Below, piece by piece: positions 34,356 through 48,406 of a stretch of 64,000 bases of DNA. The first letter of the stretch is position 1. The number at the start of each line of letters is the position of its first letter. Both the position numbers and the translations under genes were made by a program. The DNA is taken from positions 109,244,001 to 109,308,000 of the forward strand of contig NC_043003.1 of assembly GCF_006345805.1 (NCBI RefSeq), written 5' to 3'. The DNA is from Octopus sinensis (Eukaryota). The notes under the pieces are model-generated. The model was not told the DNA's origin, ran no database searches, and was given only the letters and a program-made list of their open reading frames with translations.

Positions 34356-34475
34356 TCATCATCATCATCACTTAACATCCGTTCTCCATGCTAGCATGGG
34401 TTGGACGGTTTGACCGGGGATCTGGGAAGCCAGGAGGCTGCACCAGGCTCCGGTCTTTTCTGGCATATATATATA
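33111..34475. repeat. Local duplications: three identical ~100-bp family-C fragments (33111, 33271, 34369) plus a ~24-bp atatatatacaaatacatacatac minisatellite
   Basis: cacttaacatccgttctcc...gtcttttctggcatata is identical in all three copies. Confidence 0.85.
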
Positions 34476-36693
34476 TATGTAGATAGATAGATAGATGCAT
34501 AGATACATACATACATATAGAAGTATATAAATATATATATATACACATATACATATGTACACACACACATGCACACACACAACACACATATATACAAGGG
34601 ATGGACAAAATAATGTGTAATATTTTAATAATGTGTAGGAAGCCTTTGGAGGTAATTACAGCTTGAATTTTATGAGATATGGATTTGTACAAAGTTTGAA
34701 TTGTTTCCAAAGGAATTTTCGTCCATTTTTCAGCTAAAACAGTCTCCATTTTCTGCTCTGACTTTCAAAACTCAGAGTTTTATTATAGCAACCAAATAAT
34801 TGTCACATATTATATTACAGATTAATTCCTCTATTTACATAATATCGAGGTCTCCTTCATTCTTTTGTTGTCATACCATTACTATTAATATATGTATATA
34901 TGTATGTATCTTGTACTTGTTTCAGTCATTAGATTATGGCCATGCTGGGGCACTGCCTTTAAGAATCTTTTAGTCAAATGAACCAACCCCAATTTCTTTG
35001 TATTTATTTTAAAACTGCTACTTATTCTATTGGTTTCTTTCTTTTGTATTTTTTTTTATATATGCATATTTGTCAATAAGAAAAAGAGAGCTGAAATTTA
35101 GATGGCTGTTTTCCACTAATTCATTGTCCATCTTTACTCTATGAACCTTCTTTGTCACAGTAATAGTGGCCATTGTGTTTGGACAATGGTGATCACAACA
35201 ACCATGACAATTTGAGCATGAACTGCTAAGTTACAGGGATGTAACCAAACTAACACTAGTTGTTGATCAGTTGTGGGTGACAAAACACACACGCACACAC
35301 ACACACACACACACACATGTATGTATAACGGGCTTCTTTCAGTTACCCTCAACCAAATCCACTCACAAGGCCTTGGTCAGTCCTAAGCTATAGTAGAAGA
35401 CACAATCTTCCTTTTATGCTGAGAGTGAAAAACCTTTGTTGCTAGCAGAGTAAATAGATGCCTGAAGTCTTTCCCCCCTGTTCTTACTTTAACAACTATA
35501 TTAACTAGAATACACACTTCCACAGTTAATCAAGCCACCTTGGTGACAAAAGCTTTCTGAGTATTTGAAGGTATTTATTTCACCTAACTGTAATAACTGC
35601 TTCTGTGTATCTGCTATATAATGAAGTTTACCTTTTATGTAATATAAAAATATCTAAACCAGTGACCTTCGTTTTTCACCCTCTTACATATGTCATATTA
35701 AAACAAATCAGGGCTCTCAATTGTTTTTATAAGATATTCTAAATAAAAATGTGATACCGATAGCTAATCTTACAACATTGATATTTAAATAAAGTCCTTA
35801 TAAAGTGATGAACTGGCAGAATCATTAGCATGCTTAACAAACAAAATGCTTAGCGGCATTTCGTCTGTCTACATTTCAAGTTCAAATTCCACTGAGGCTG
35901 GCTTTGCCTTTCATCCTTTTGAGGTTGATAAAATAAGTACCAGTTTAGTATTGGGGTTGAAGCAATTGATTTAACTCTTCCCCCAGCTTGCTGGCCTTGT
36001 GCCAAAAATCGAAACCAACCAGTATCTTAAGTCCTCATAGATAGTGATGGATCCTGAGGCTTAAGCATAGCTGTGGTAGAGAAGTTGTGAAGTGATGGTG
36101 AGGGGACACCATCTTATTTATTATTCAATAAAGGGTGGAAAGCTGGCAGAATTGTTAGCATGCCAGGCGAAATGCTTAGTGGTATTTCATCTGCTGCTAT
36201 GTTTTGAGTTCAATTTCTGCCAAGGTTGACTTTGCCTTTCATCCTTTCGGAGTTGATCAATTACGTACCAGTTATAAGTGCCTCAAGCTATTTGAAGCAC
36301 CTAGACTTACGAATTACCTTTACTACCAACTGCTCCATAGTTTACAGGGGCAAAACCAACAGTCACTCTCTGACTGGACATAACAATCAATTTTCTACAT
36401 TTTTTTTGCCAGTTTATTTTGTCCTTTTGTCTTCTCTCCTGGTGCTGTATGATCATTTAATGTGGTTTTAGAGTCAAGTTTTGGCTGCTATTTCCAGCGT
36501 GGTGATATCTCTTAGATACCCTAAATTATAATTTTAATAATAATTATTACCTTTAAAGGTTTCAATTCCTATGCTGGCCAGCTGATAAGATTGGTATTTA
36601 AATTATGATCTTATCCTTATTAATATAGATATATATAAATTTGAAATATATGAGCTACTGATGATATATACATACACACACACACACACACAC

Positions 36694-36772
<79 letters not shown>

Positions 36773-38094
36773 TTTAATTTTAAATTTAAAATGAGGGTGA
36801 GAAATTAGATATTAATTAATTAACATCGATTTCACACCAGTGGTCTAGCATATAAAAAAACTGAAGGTTCAGTAAAATTGTTTTATATATATACAGTTTA
36901 CTTTTATATATATTTATACATATATATGAAACAAGCTTCCTGTACAGTTTCCATCACCTACATTTCACTCATGAGGTATTAGTCAACATGACACTGTAAA
37001 AGAGAGAGAAGACAATTGCTTAAGGTACCACACAGTGGAACTGAACCTGAAATCATGTGGTTGTAAAATGAGTTGTAAAATCATGTGGTTGTAAAATGAG
37101 TTGTAAAACAAGCAGATGTATTAGTATAACGCTCAGGAATAGAAGAAGTCTTTTATGTTTTGAGCCTACGCTCTTCTACAGAAAGGAACACAGAAAGAAA
37201 CAAGGAGAGAAAAAAATGTGTGTAGTGGCTAACGATCTATACACACACACACACACACACAAACATACACACATGATGGGCTTCTTTCAGTTTCCATCTA
37301 CCAAATCCATTCACAAAGCTTTGGTCAGCCTGAGGCAAAGTAGAAGATACTTGCCCAATATGTCATGCAGTGGACTGAACCTGGAACCATGTGGCTGGAA
37401 TGCAAGCTTCTTACGACATAGCCATGTATGTACCTATAGTAATGAAATTTTAGAATAATTTACGAAAATTTATGATAATTTATGATAATTTATTATTAAT
37501 TTTAAAAGAGAAACAAATTGTATTTCTTTTGTGCTTTTGAAGTGACTTAAGAAACAATCTCTAAGATGCGTGTTTAAGACTTTTTACTGCGAAACGAAGT
37601 TAATGACCGCTTATCTAACATTTTATTCACGCAACTTCAGTATTGTTAATGACCTCGTTAGAAGCCTATTTGTAATTAACAAAAATGTTTGTGTTCTTCT
37701 CATAAAAATGCTTGTATCTTGAACATCGTGTACAGAGATTCATTGAAAGATTTTGGCAAAGGAATCTGCCGAACAAAATGAAGAAGACAAATAAATAAAT
37801 AACAAAAATAACTAACATATTTTAAAAAAAGAAGATAATGTAGAAAGACTTTTAGTTGGAAAACATACAAAGTTTCTTAATTTGATTTATGGTAAAGTTC
37901 TTGAAGGTATGACAGCTAAATACTAAAAATAAGCATTATATTTTCCATTTTTCTTTTTTTTGGCTTTTATTTCTTTTCCTTTCATAATTATTCTGAGTAA
38001 AGACAAGATAGCTGAGTGACTAAGATGGTTGATGAAAAGACAGGAACATATTTAATGCAGAGTACTTTAAAAAACAATGTAAACTATCTCTTGT

Positions 38095-39310
38095 ACTCTT
38101 TTACTTGTTTCAGTTATTTGACTGAGGCCATGCTGGAGCACCGCCTTTAGTCGAGCAAATCGACCCAGGACTTATTCTTTGTAAGCCGAGTGCTTATTCT
38201 ATCGGTCTCTTCTACCGAACCATTAAGTTACGGGAACATAAACACGCCAGCATTGGTTGTCAAGCGATGTTGGGGGGACAAACACACACACACATACATA
38301 TACATATACACGACGGGCTTCTTTCTGTTTCCGTCTACCAAATCCACTCACAAGGCTTTGGTCGGCCCAAGGCTATAGTAGAAGACACTTGCCCAAGGTG
38401 CCACGCAGTGGGACTGAACCTAGAACCATGTGGCTGGTAAGCAAGCTACTTACCACACAGCCACTCCTACGCCTATATGTATACATATTTTTTATTTTTT
38501 ATTCTTTTACTTGTTGCAGTCATTTGACTGCAGCCATGTTGGAGCACTGCCTTAAAGGGATTTTGTCAAAGAAATCGACCCCAGGACTTATTCTATTGGT
38601 CTCTTTTGCTGAACTGCTAAGTTATGGGGAGATAAATACACAAGCATCAGTTGTGAAGTGATGGTGAGGGGACACTCACTCACATACACACATGCACTCA
38701 CACACACACACACAAGCACACACACACGCACACACATACACACATATGATAGGCTTCTTTCAGTTTCCTTCTACCAAATCCACTCACAAGGCTTTAGTTG
38801 GCCTGAAGCTGTGGTAGAAGACACTTGTCCAAAGTGCTGAGCAGTGAGACTGAACCCAGAACCATGTGGTTGGGAAGCAAGTTTTTACCACACACCTTTT
38901 AGCTTTTCCTTGTTTCAGGAATTGGACTAGGGCCATGCTGGGGCGCCACCTTTATGGGTTTTAGGAAAACAGATCAACTTCAGTACTTGTATTTTTAAAG
39001 TCACATACTTATTCTATTAGTCTCTTTTGCAAAGTCGCCAAATTATGGGGGACATAAACAAACCAACAGCAGTTGTCAAGTGGTGGTGGGACAATCACAA
39101 ATACAGAGCAGAGAAACACACGTAGACATACATATATACATACATAAACACACACAATGGGCTTCCACACAGTTTCTGTCAACTAAATTGACTCACAAAG
39201 CATTGGTAGGCTTGAAGCTATAACAGAAGAAACTTGCTCAAGGCGTCATGCAGTGGGACTGAACACAAAAACACATGGTTACAAAGCTAGCTTCTTAACC
39301 TCACAGCCAT
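38095..39310 (-). mobile_element. Three head-to-tail SINE family A copies
   Basis: About 38095-38470, 38500-38895 and 38905-39310. Confidence 0.8.
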
Positions 39311-39464
39311 ATCTGCCCCCGCTGAGAAATATATTTTAGTTTGATGACTAATTTATACTTTTTGAAAATGTTTGGGAGGTGGAGGTGGTGGTGAACAAGT
39401 AAGGGGAAAACAACTCCAAATGTTTTTTGTCTTCTTAATTTTCACCAGCAATATATTCTTTTCT

Positions 39465-40795
39465 ACTCTAGGCACAAAACCTGAAATTTTGGGAAAGGGG
39501 GCCAGTCAATTAGATCAACTCCAGTATGCAACTGGTACTTAATTTATCAACCCCGAAAGGATAGAAGGCAAAGTCGACCTCAGAGGAATTTGAACTCAGA
39601 ACGTAAAGACAGATGAAATACCTATTTCTTTACTACCCACAAGGGGCTAAACACAGAGAGGACAAACAAGGACATACACACGGATTAAGTCGATTACATC
39701 GACCCCAGTGCGTAACTGGTACTTAATTTATCGAACCCGAAAGGATGAAAGGCAAAGTTGACCTCAGCAGAATTTGAACTCAGAATGTATCGGCAGACGA
39801 AATACGACTCCACATTTCGCCCAGCGTGCTAACGATTCTGCCAGCCCGCCGCCTTTTCCAGCTTGCAGATGAAATACCACTAAGCATTTCACCTGGCGTG
39901 CTTCTGTTTCTGCCAGCTTGCCACCTTTCAGCAACAATATATTGTCTTCTTAAGGTAGTTAGCTGGCAGAGTTGTTAGCACACCAGGCAAAATTCTTAGT
40001 GGCATTTTGTCTGTCTTTACATTCTGTGTCCAAATTCCTTGTACCAATATTTGAAATCAATATATAATCTTCTTAATGCACTGAGCTGGCAGAATCATTG
40101 TCATGCTGGCCAAAATACATAGAGGCATTTCATCCATCTTTACATTCTGAGTTCAAATTCTGCCAAGGTTGACTTTGCCTTTCATAATTTCAGGGTCAAC
40201 AAAATAAAGTACCAGTTGAGCACTGGGGTGATGTAATTGACTAACCTCCTCCCAGAACTTGGTGACCATAAAATTTGAAACCATACATAGTCGCCTCATA
40301 ACTTACCAAAGTAGTAGTGAAAGAACTATTAAGTAAATATGTACAAAAGTAAGTACAGGCATGGCTGTGTGGTTTAGACATTCACTTCCTAATCAAATAG
40401 CACTGGGTTCAGTCCTCCTGTATGGCATCTCAGGCAAATGTCTTCTACTATAGCCTTGAACCAACCAAAACCATGTTTTCACTGATAGTAGGTTTTCATC
40501 TACATCTACTATTTCTTCCTCATCTCACAATAACGGTTTGGTGCTGCTGGCTTGCCACGTATTTGTTTCTTTACTACCCACAAGGGGTTAAACACAGAGA
40601 GGACAAACAAGGACAGACAAACGGATCAAGTCGATTACAACGACCCCAGTGAGTAATTGGTACTTATTTAATCGACCCCGAAAGGATGAAAGGCAAAGTC
40701 GACCTCGGAGGAATTTGAACTCAGAATGTAGCGACAGACGAAATACCGTTAAGCATTTCGCCCGGTGTGCTAACGGTTCTGCCAGCTCACCACAG
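39465..40795. mobile_element. Cluster of SINE family B copies in both orientations, plus a family A head
   Basis: Minus copies at 39465-39930 and 40558-40795; plus copies at 39955-40280. Confidence 0.8.
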
Positions 40796-41035
40796 CACAA
40801 ATGTATAATGTATTTCATATGAATTTTCAGTTTTGAAGCTACAAGAAATAATGCTATGACTTTTAGCTTTTCTCAATGAGGATAATTTTTCCTGAGATGT
40901 TCTGAAGTGCTTGTTGCACTTGATGTGAGATTGGTGGAAGGAAGGAATGTAACCTCAAACCAAAGACCTAACCTGAATGCTTGCAATAGAGCAGACTGTG
41001 CTAAAGGTACCAAAGATGTCATACAGGAGTGTTAA

Positions 41036-41257
41036 CCCTTTAGAATTTAAACTGGCCATATCCAGCCCAAATACTCTACCTGTTTAAAATTCAAACCAGC
41101 CAGAAGCCGGCCTCTTGTACCTACCCTATAATGTTATTCTAAAAATATAAAAGTCACATTATCAAAATTTTGAACCTCTGTGATAATGCACGACTAAATC
41201 AAAACAATGAGAAAAGATAAGAATTACATCAGATAAAATAATTTTGAATGCAAAACG
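41036..41257. mobile_element. piggyBac-like MITE (TTAA|CCCTTTAG...)
   Basis: Related to 30132-30340 and 55735-56179 (opposite orientation). Confidence 0.55.
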
Positions 41258-42272
41258 GTTTTAAACTGTGAAATAGAATAATTTTACCACTCAAATTTGT
41301 TCTGGGTAAGAGTTGAAACTGTGTATCCTGTAGTGGGGTCCTGGTCCAGGAGTTTCAAGGTTTTGAGGAATGTGAAATCACCTGTTATCAATTATTGTTC
41401 CCAGGTATGCTCTGACTCAGTGTAATAACAACTAATTTCACTGACTTTGAAAGGATGAAAAGCAAAGTGGACCTTGGTGGAATTTGGACTCAAAACATGA
41501 AGACAGATGAAATGCTTAGTTGCTTTTTATCCAGAGTGCTAACAATTTTGCAAGCTCACTGTTTAAACCCCAACTCTACAATAAAAGATGCCATGCAGCT
41601 GAACTGAACTTGGAACCCTCTGATTGCCAACTCAACTGAAACATGTAGAATCAATCAAAACTATCTAAATATAGAAGAAAATGCCAGTAGTGGAATTGAG
41701 TTCAGGAGCTTTGAATTTCCTATACAAAATCCAGTAAATATTTCCAGTCAGTCATTTTACATCTACAAAAATCTTCTAACCATTCACGAATGACCATTAT
41801 GTTAAGAACCATTCCTCACTCACTTCTTGATTGTCACTCATTATCAGAGTCTCATGCTATATAATCCATGATTTCCAATATCCCTATAGCCACACCACCT
41901 AATTCTTGAACCAGAGAATTTCTTCCAAGTTTTCTCCACTCTATTATTTACTCACTGAAAAGCTTTTAAAGAGATCGAGATAAAAACAAGACCAAATTTT
42001 TCACTGCTTCCATCTATTCCTCTCTCTCTCTCTCTTTCTCTTACTTTCTCCTTAGCAATGGAAACATTTGTGCAATGTAATCTTGCTTCTAATCCTACTT
42101 GAATTATAATCACCATAACACTCGAACATTTCTATAAAGTGAATGGCGAAGTTTCCCAGTTTTGTCTTCTTGATTCTATTGTTTTATTTGTTTTCTTTGT
42201 TTTTACCTTTTCTCATAATACTTCATCTACTTCCCTTCTCATTGCCATTTCACTTCTTTTTCACGCTCTTCA

Positions 42273-42361
<89 letters not shown>

Positions 42362-42440
42362 GTCCATCTATCTATCTGTCCATCCATCCATCCATCCATC
42401 CATCCATCTGTCCGTCCGTCCATCCGTCCGTCTGTCCGTT

Positions 42441-42471
<31 letters not shown>

Positions 42472-42497
42472 GTATATATATTTATAAAGATAGATAA

Positions 42498-42579
<82 letters not shown>

Positions 42580-43217
42580 GGATGGATAGATAGATATACA
42601 CATGTGTGTCTTTGTATACACACAAACACACACCTGCAGACATCCACACACACACATTCTTTTATATCATTTGTCTATTTGTTTACTTACCTCTCTCTCG
42701 CTTTCTCACTTTCTCTCTCTCTCTCTCTCTCATCTTCCATTTATATGTAGATTGATGGTTGGACAGGCAGTAGTAACTCCAAATAAGCTCCAACTCAGAT
42801 CGTGACCGCCCATCTAACCTAAAGCAGTATGGAAAGTGGACATAAGAACAATGATGATGATGATGATGGTGGTGAGAGTATTGATGATTGTGTATATACG
42901 TGTGCATGAGATTACTCTACGGGGTACTTTAAACAATCCACCAGTTGCAGTTATACATCTAACTGTACACACAAGCTGTACATGCACACATACACATAGA
43001 CACACATACCTGTCACTTCCTCTATATCTCTAAATATCTATACCTACATAACTCTCTCTCTCTCTCTCTCTCTTTCTCTTTCCCTCTACCTACCTACCTA
43101 CCTATCTACCTACCTATCTATCTATCTATCTATCTCTCTCTCTATCTCTCTGTCTGTCTGTCTATCTATCTCTCTCTCTCTTTCTCTACCTACCTACCTA
43201 CCTACCTACCTACCTAC

Positions 43218-43250
<33 letters not shown>

Positions 43251-43310
43251 AATCTATCAATCTATCTATCTGTCTATCTATCTGTCTGTCTATCTGTCTG
43301 TCTATCTATC

Positions 43311-43345
<35 letters not shown>

Positions 43346-43880
43346 TCTATTAACCTTTCTATTAATTTTGCCCTCTATCTTATTCCCTCCCAATCACTTT
43401 CCTCTCTCCCTCTTTGCTATTTCAATTTATCTTCATCTTCCATTCTCTGTCTTCTTCCAATTTATCTGCTCTTATATTCATATCTAAGCACGAAAGAATT
43501 CACGGAAGCATACATTCGCATTCACATATGTATGCATCCATCCATTCATTTATTCATTCATTCATAAATCTACTAAAACCATTCATTCATTAATCTATGC
43601 ATGTATCTGTCCGTTCTTCCTTCCTTCCTTCCATCCATCCAGTTATCCAACTGTTCCTTCATTTTCTTTCTTATTTCTCCATTCGTCTGGGAGTCTATCT
43701 GCCTTTCTCTCTGTCCATTTATCTATCTTTCCATCTGTCTGTTTGTGTCTGTCTATCCGTCAAGTCATATATCTCTCCCTCTGCTTGTTTGTCTAGCTTA
43801 CCTGCCTGTCTGTCTGTTCATCTATCTATTTGTCTATTTGTCTGTCTGTCTCTCTGCCTGCCTGTCTGGGTGCCTTTCTG

Positions 43881-43911
<31 letters not shown>

Positions 43912-43940
43912 GTATATATATATATATACATATCTGTATA

Positions 43941-43971
<31 letters not shown>

Positions 43972-45359
43972 CACACACACACACACACACTCACACACAC
44001 ACACACACACACATATATACAGTTGAAACACTCCTGTCACAACCTGGGACCTTGAAGACTGCTTAAATGCAAGAAAGTATACTAGTCCCTTAATATTTTA
44101 TATTCAATATTTCATCTATTCAATAAGACAATCAATAGTTCATTTCATTTTACTATATCTATACTATTTATACTATATATTCTATATTCTACATGAATTT
44201 TATAAAGAATATAAATAAAGCATAAAAAACAGAGTTGGAATTCCTTTGAATAATATACATCCCTCTATACACAATCATACAAACCCTTTTTATATATATA
44301 TATATATATATATATTTGACGATTTAGATGTCTATATCTTGTATACAGGCTGTCCACATTTAGTGGTCAATCCTCTAACTTTTGTATGTAAAAAGATTTT
44401 TAATCTTCGGATTTTTTAAATATGCTAGGCCACTGGTTTTAATAGATTAATATCAATTTCTACCCTTATTTAATTTTAAATAAAAAAAAATTTTCTCTAG
44501 AATGTTGAATGTTGCTACTGATATATGTGTGTGTGTCTGTATGAGTGAGTGCGTGTGTGTGTGTGTGTGTGTGTTGTGTGTGTGTTTGTATGTGTGCTTG
44601 TTTGTGTGTGTGTGTGTGCATGTGTATTTTATGTATGTATTCCTTCCTCTACCTCCTTCCACGCCTACCCATCCTCCAGCTGGCCAGCCATATATCAATC
44701 AGTCAATGGAAATGTCTAACCTCTCATACATCCATGCAACCAACCAATCAGCAGTGAGCCAGCCATTGGCTTGAATTAAATTAGTCAAGAGAATATTTTA
44801 TTTTATTAGTGAATCCAAAGTAGAAGGGAGCCATTCTCAGCCTTTTTAGGTTTTCTCAGACTAGTCATGTTGATGCTGCTGATGTTATTATTGTTTAGTC
44901 AGAATTACAATAAAAATCACTCCAGCCAGGACCATTCCTTTGGTATATGAGATACTGTGATGGCATGTGACTTTGGGGTTAGGAGTATTTGGCTCACATT
45001 CAATGAGTTCAATTCCTGGAAGTGAGACACAAGAATGATATTGTTGTTATTTAAACTCAAGCCAGCTATGATTTAAACAGGTCAAGGACATTCCATTTGA
45101 AACCATAGCACCATTTTAGAGGTATGTACGATGACATTGTCCAATGTGACCTTCCTTTTTTTTGAGGCAATAAGGTATGATTTTGAATGAATTTCTCTGT
45201 TATTTCAAGCAAACTAAGTGATGATATAGAGGCCCACTTCGTTAGTTCAGAAAAGTAAAAATGACAAGATGAGGTGAAGCTACTTAAATAAATGGGGGTT
45301 TACACTATAGTAGTACATACTTTGGTACTTCAAATGAGCCAGGGCTGTTTTAAACATCA

Positions 45360-46290
45360 GGGTGAGCTGAAATTTTCATAGGCTGATTATGAAGGAGGGG
45401 TATTAGAGCTGCGAAATCTTGCATGCATTAATTCCATCCCTTCTTATTAATAACTGTATTGTTTCTTTCCAGGTAAACTGACATCTGACTGTTCAAAAAG
45501 GACTTCGGAAGTAACTAGAAGTGACTTTTCTTGAAAATGGACAAAATTTGGTTTTGTGGTTTTATCAAGTAACTGCAGAAAAAAGAGTTTAGCTCCCAAA
45601 GCATTTGTGCTGACATGGTTGCTACATTCGGAGATGATGCTCCAGCAACAGTGCAAAAGTCGGCTGTTGCATTCACGAGAAGAAGGTAGAGTCTTGAAGA
45701 TGACACAAGTTCTGGATGCCCTGAAATGCCACTGCTGAGGGTAAACATTGCTCATGTTCTCCATGGTGAGGACGCTGGCAACGGGTAGTGACAGAGCTAT
45801 GCCTTTGGGAACTTCGGTTCCTGGTAGGGCCACCCAAGGCAGATTGGTCTGACACCGAGTGGTATTAGGGCCACAACCTGGCAGACGGGGCTCTGGTGAA
45901 AATCCTTGTAGTGTCTGCTTCGGTAACTGGTGGTTCCTCGGTCGTTCTGTCCCTGCGTCTGTGGCAAACAGGATGTCTCTACATGCGGGATTGTTGGGGA
46001 CCGCTTGTGAAATCCACATATTCCTATGAAACTTCTTTCAAGGAAGAAGCTGACTCAACCCGCCCAGGGTGAATGTTGCCACAAGTACAAGTAAGTACAT
46101 GCTGATAGATGACAGGTAATTGTCTATAAATCAAATATCCAATGCTGTTAGCATATCCTGCAAGAGAGTTGTGAATATTCTGCACAATGATCTCGGCATG
46201 AGAAAAGTTTCTGGTTGGTGGGTGCCATGCCTTCTGACACCTGATCATATCATGGGAAAATCCGACATTGTTTGAGGCAGACTATTTCTT
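45360..46290 (+). pseudogene. Mariner transposase N-terminal remnant interrupted by a 328-bp insertion
   Basis: MDKIW..IK*LQKK..DMVATFGDDAP..SLEDD.SSG.P; resumes DDR*LSINQISNAVSIS..ILHNDLGMRKVS.WWVP.LLTPD (WVPR-like motif). Confidence 0.75.
45770..46097 (+). mobile_element. GC-rich retroposon-like insertion with a (CAAGTA)n-like tail and an imperfect 8-bp TSD
   Basis: Flanked by catggtga (45762-45769) and catgctga (46098-46105); ends caagtacaagtaagta; begins GRWQRVVTELC, which resembles the end of an RTE ORF. Confidence 0.5.
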
Positions 46291-46548
46291 AAGCCTGGAT
46301 GAATGTTGGATTTGTCACTTTGAGCCAAGCTCTGCAACACCGATGTGTGTGGGCTGCAAGGGGTCTATGTTATAAAATAAATAATAATTTGATCCCATTC
46401 CACAAGAGAATCTTGGCCAGCCTATAAACTTTTCAGCTGACTCTCATAGCAAGTAAAAGAGTCAAAGGGATAGGGAAAACAGAAATTACCAGAAGGTGAA
46501 TGATTGCAGTATGTTGGGGAGTGAAGGTTTGTTTGAGTAAGTAAGCAG

Positions 46549-46613
46549 GGCAGATGGGCAGGGCAGATGGGCAGGGCAGATGGGCAGGGCAGATGGGCAG
46601 GGCAGATGGGCAG
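46549..46613 (+). repeat. Five perfect copies of the 13-mer GGCAGATGGGCAG
   Basis: Direct count. Confidence 0.95.
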
Positions 46614-46769
46614 ACTTTTATCATCGTTTTGCAGTAGTGGGCAGATATTGCAGTTTATAATGCTTGTTTGTATGTGTGTGGCAGAGTCAATATATCAAAT
46701 AATGCTCGAATATGCATCACAATAAATCCTAATTAAATTGAGTTCTCTTTTGTCTTTTTTTCTTTCTTC

Positions 46770-46962
46770 TTTTAATTGTTTCAGTCATTAGACTGCGGCC
46801 ATGCTGGGGCACTGCCTTGAAGAATTTTTAATTGAAGGAATCAATCCCAGTACTTATTCTGTTGGTCTCTTTTTGTCAAACTGCTAAGTTACAGGAATGT
46901 AAACACAACAACATTAGTTATCAAGGGTGGTGGGGTACATCCTCACACACACACACACACAA

Positions 46963-47001
<39 letters not shown>

Positions 47002-47610
47002 TGCAGACGCACACACACATATACACACATATATATATCTTTTTCTTTTTTCTTTTTACTTGTTTCAGTCATTTGACTGCAGCCATGCTGGAGCACCACC
47101 TTTAGTCAAGCAAATCGACCCCAGAGCTTATTCTTTGTAAACCTAGTACTTATTCTATCAGTCTCTTTTGCTGAACTGCTAAGTTACAGACACATAAACA
47201 CACCAGCATCAGTTGTCAAGTGATGCTGGGGGGACAAACACAGACACACAAACATATACACACACATACATATATATATATATATACATATATGATGGGC
47301 TTCTTCCAGTTTCCGTCTACCAAATCCACTCACAAGGCTTTGGTTGGCATGAGGCTATAGTAGAAGACACTTGCCCAAGGGGTGCTGAGCAGTGGGACTG
47401 AACCCACGACTATGTGGTTGGTAAGCAAGCTACTTACCACACAGCCAATCCTGCGCCTATGCTGAGCTTCTTTCAATTTCCGCCTACCAAATCCACTCAC
47501 AAGGCTTTGGTTGGCCCAAGGCTGTCGTAGAAGATACATCTGTTTAAGGCACCATGCAGAGGGAGCCACATAGTTGGCAAGCAAACGTCTTACAACACAG
47601 TCATGCCTGC
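46770..47610 (-). mobile_element. Cluster of SINE family A copies
   Basis: Tail at 46770-46960, full copy at 47045-47455, head at 47462-47610. Confidence 0.8.
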
Positions 47611-47904
47611 ACCTAACAGGATGAAGGTCTCTGGAACACTTGAGGGGTGTCAGTCTTATCCTGTTACATTCAATTGTGTCGAAAGGAAAACCAAAACTTC
47701 GACTATCTTCAACAGCAATAAATAATACTTTATTTTGTCTGGATTCGCAAATAAAATATATACACATATATTTTCTTCAGGGTGAACTGGTAGCCAAGAC
47801 CATAAAACTATTCACAATAGTTAACTTGTGTGAGCCAAAATGCTGTCTCCGTTCCCGCGTAGAAGGGGGCTTCTCTACGTGTTAGAATTTCCTTGAGAGA
47901 AGGT

Positions 47905-48390
47905 TGAGTCATGTCCTCTTCATCATCATCATCATTGTTCGACCGTGGTCGAGACAATGGAATTTACCATGCTACACCAGACTTCACGGTCCATCATGGC
48001 ATTACGGAGGTCCTGTTGCTGGATGCCTGTATCCCTGGAGATTACATCAGGGTAGGAGAGTGTGCGCCCTCTGGTATTGTGAGTAGATGGCTTCCAGTGG
48101 AGAAGAGTAGAAATTACCTCTTTTTCAGCTCTACAACAATGTCCAGCGAACTGGACTCTTTTACCTTTCACAAGAGATGATACAGGTGATAATTTCCCAT
48201 ATATTTGTACTTTGGTTGGATGACGCTTCCATTAGGGATGTTGAGCTCGCATAAGGAAGCGAGTGTAAGTTCCATCCAACCGCCTCTCAAGCTTCTTTGA
48301 TAACATCCAGGTTTCTGCGCCATATGTCCTCTTGATAGGGCTGCAGTTTCAAAAAGACCGATCTAGCGGGAAAACTTTCTGTTGGCAGTT
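47905..48390 (-). mobile_element. 5'-truncated RTE-type LINE 3' end with (GAT)n tail
   Basis: YGAETWMLSKKLERRLDGTYTRFLMR..KRVQFAGHCCR..LLHWKP..RGRTLSYPDVISRDTG..AMMDREVW. Confidence 0.8.
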
Positions 48391-48406
48391 CTCTGCACAC
48401 GAGGGA

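Noticed and set aside
45447-46019. 190-aa minus-strand ORF
   Set aside because: It spans the junction between a GC-rich insertion and the antisense of a mariner relic; a chimeric chance ORF.
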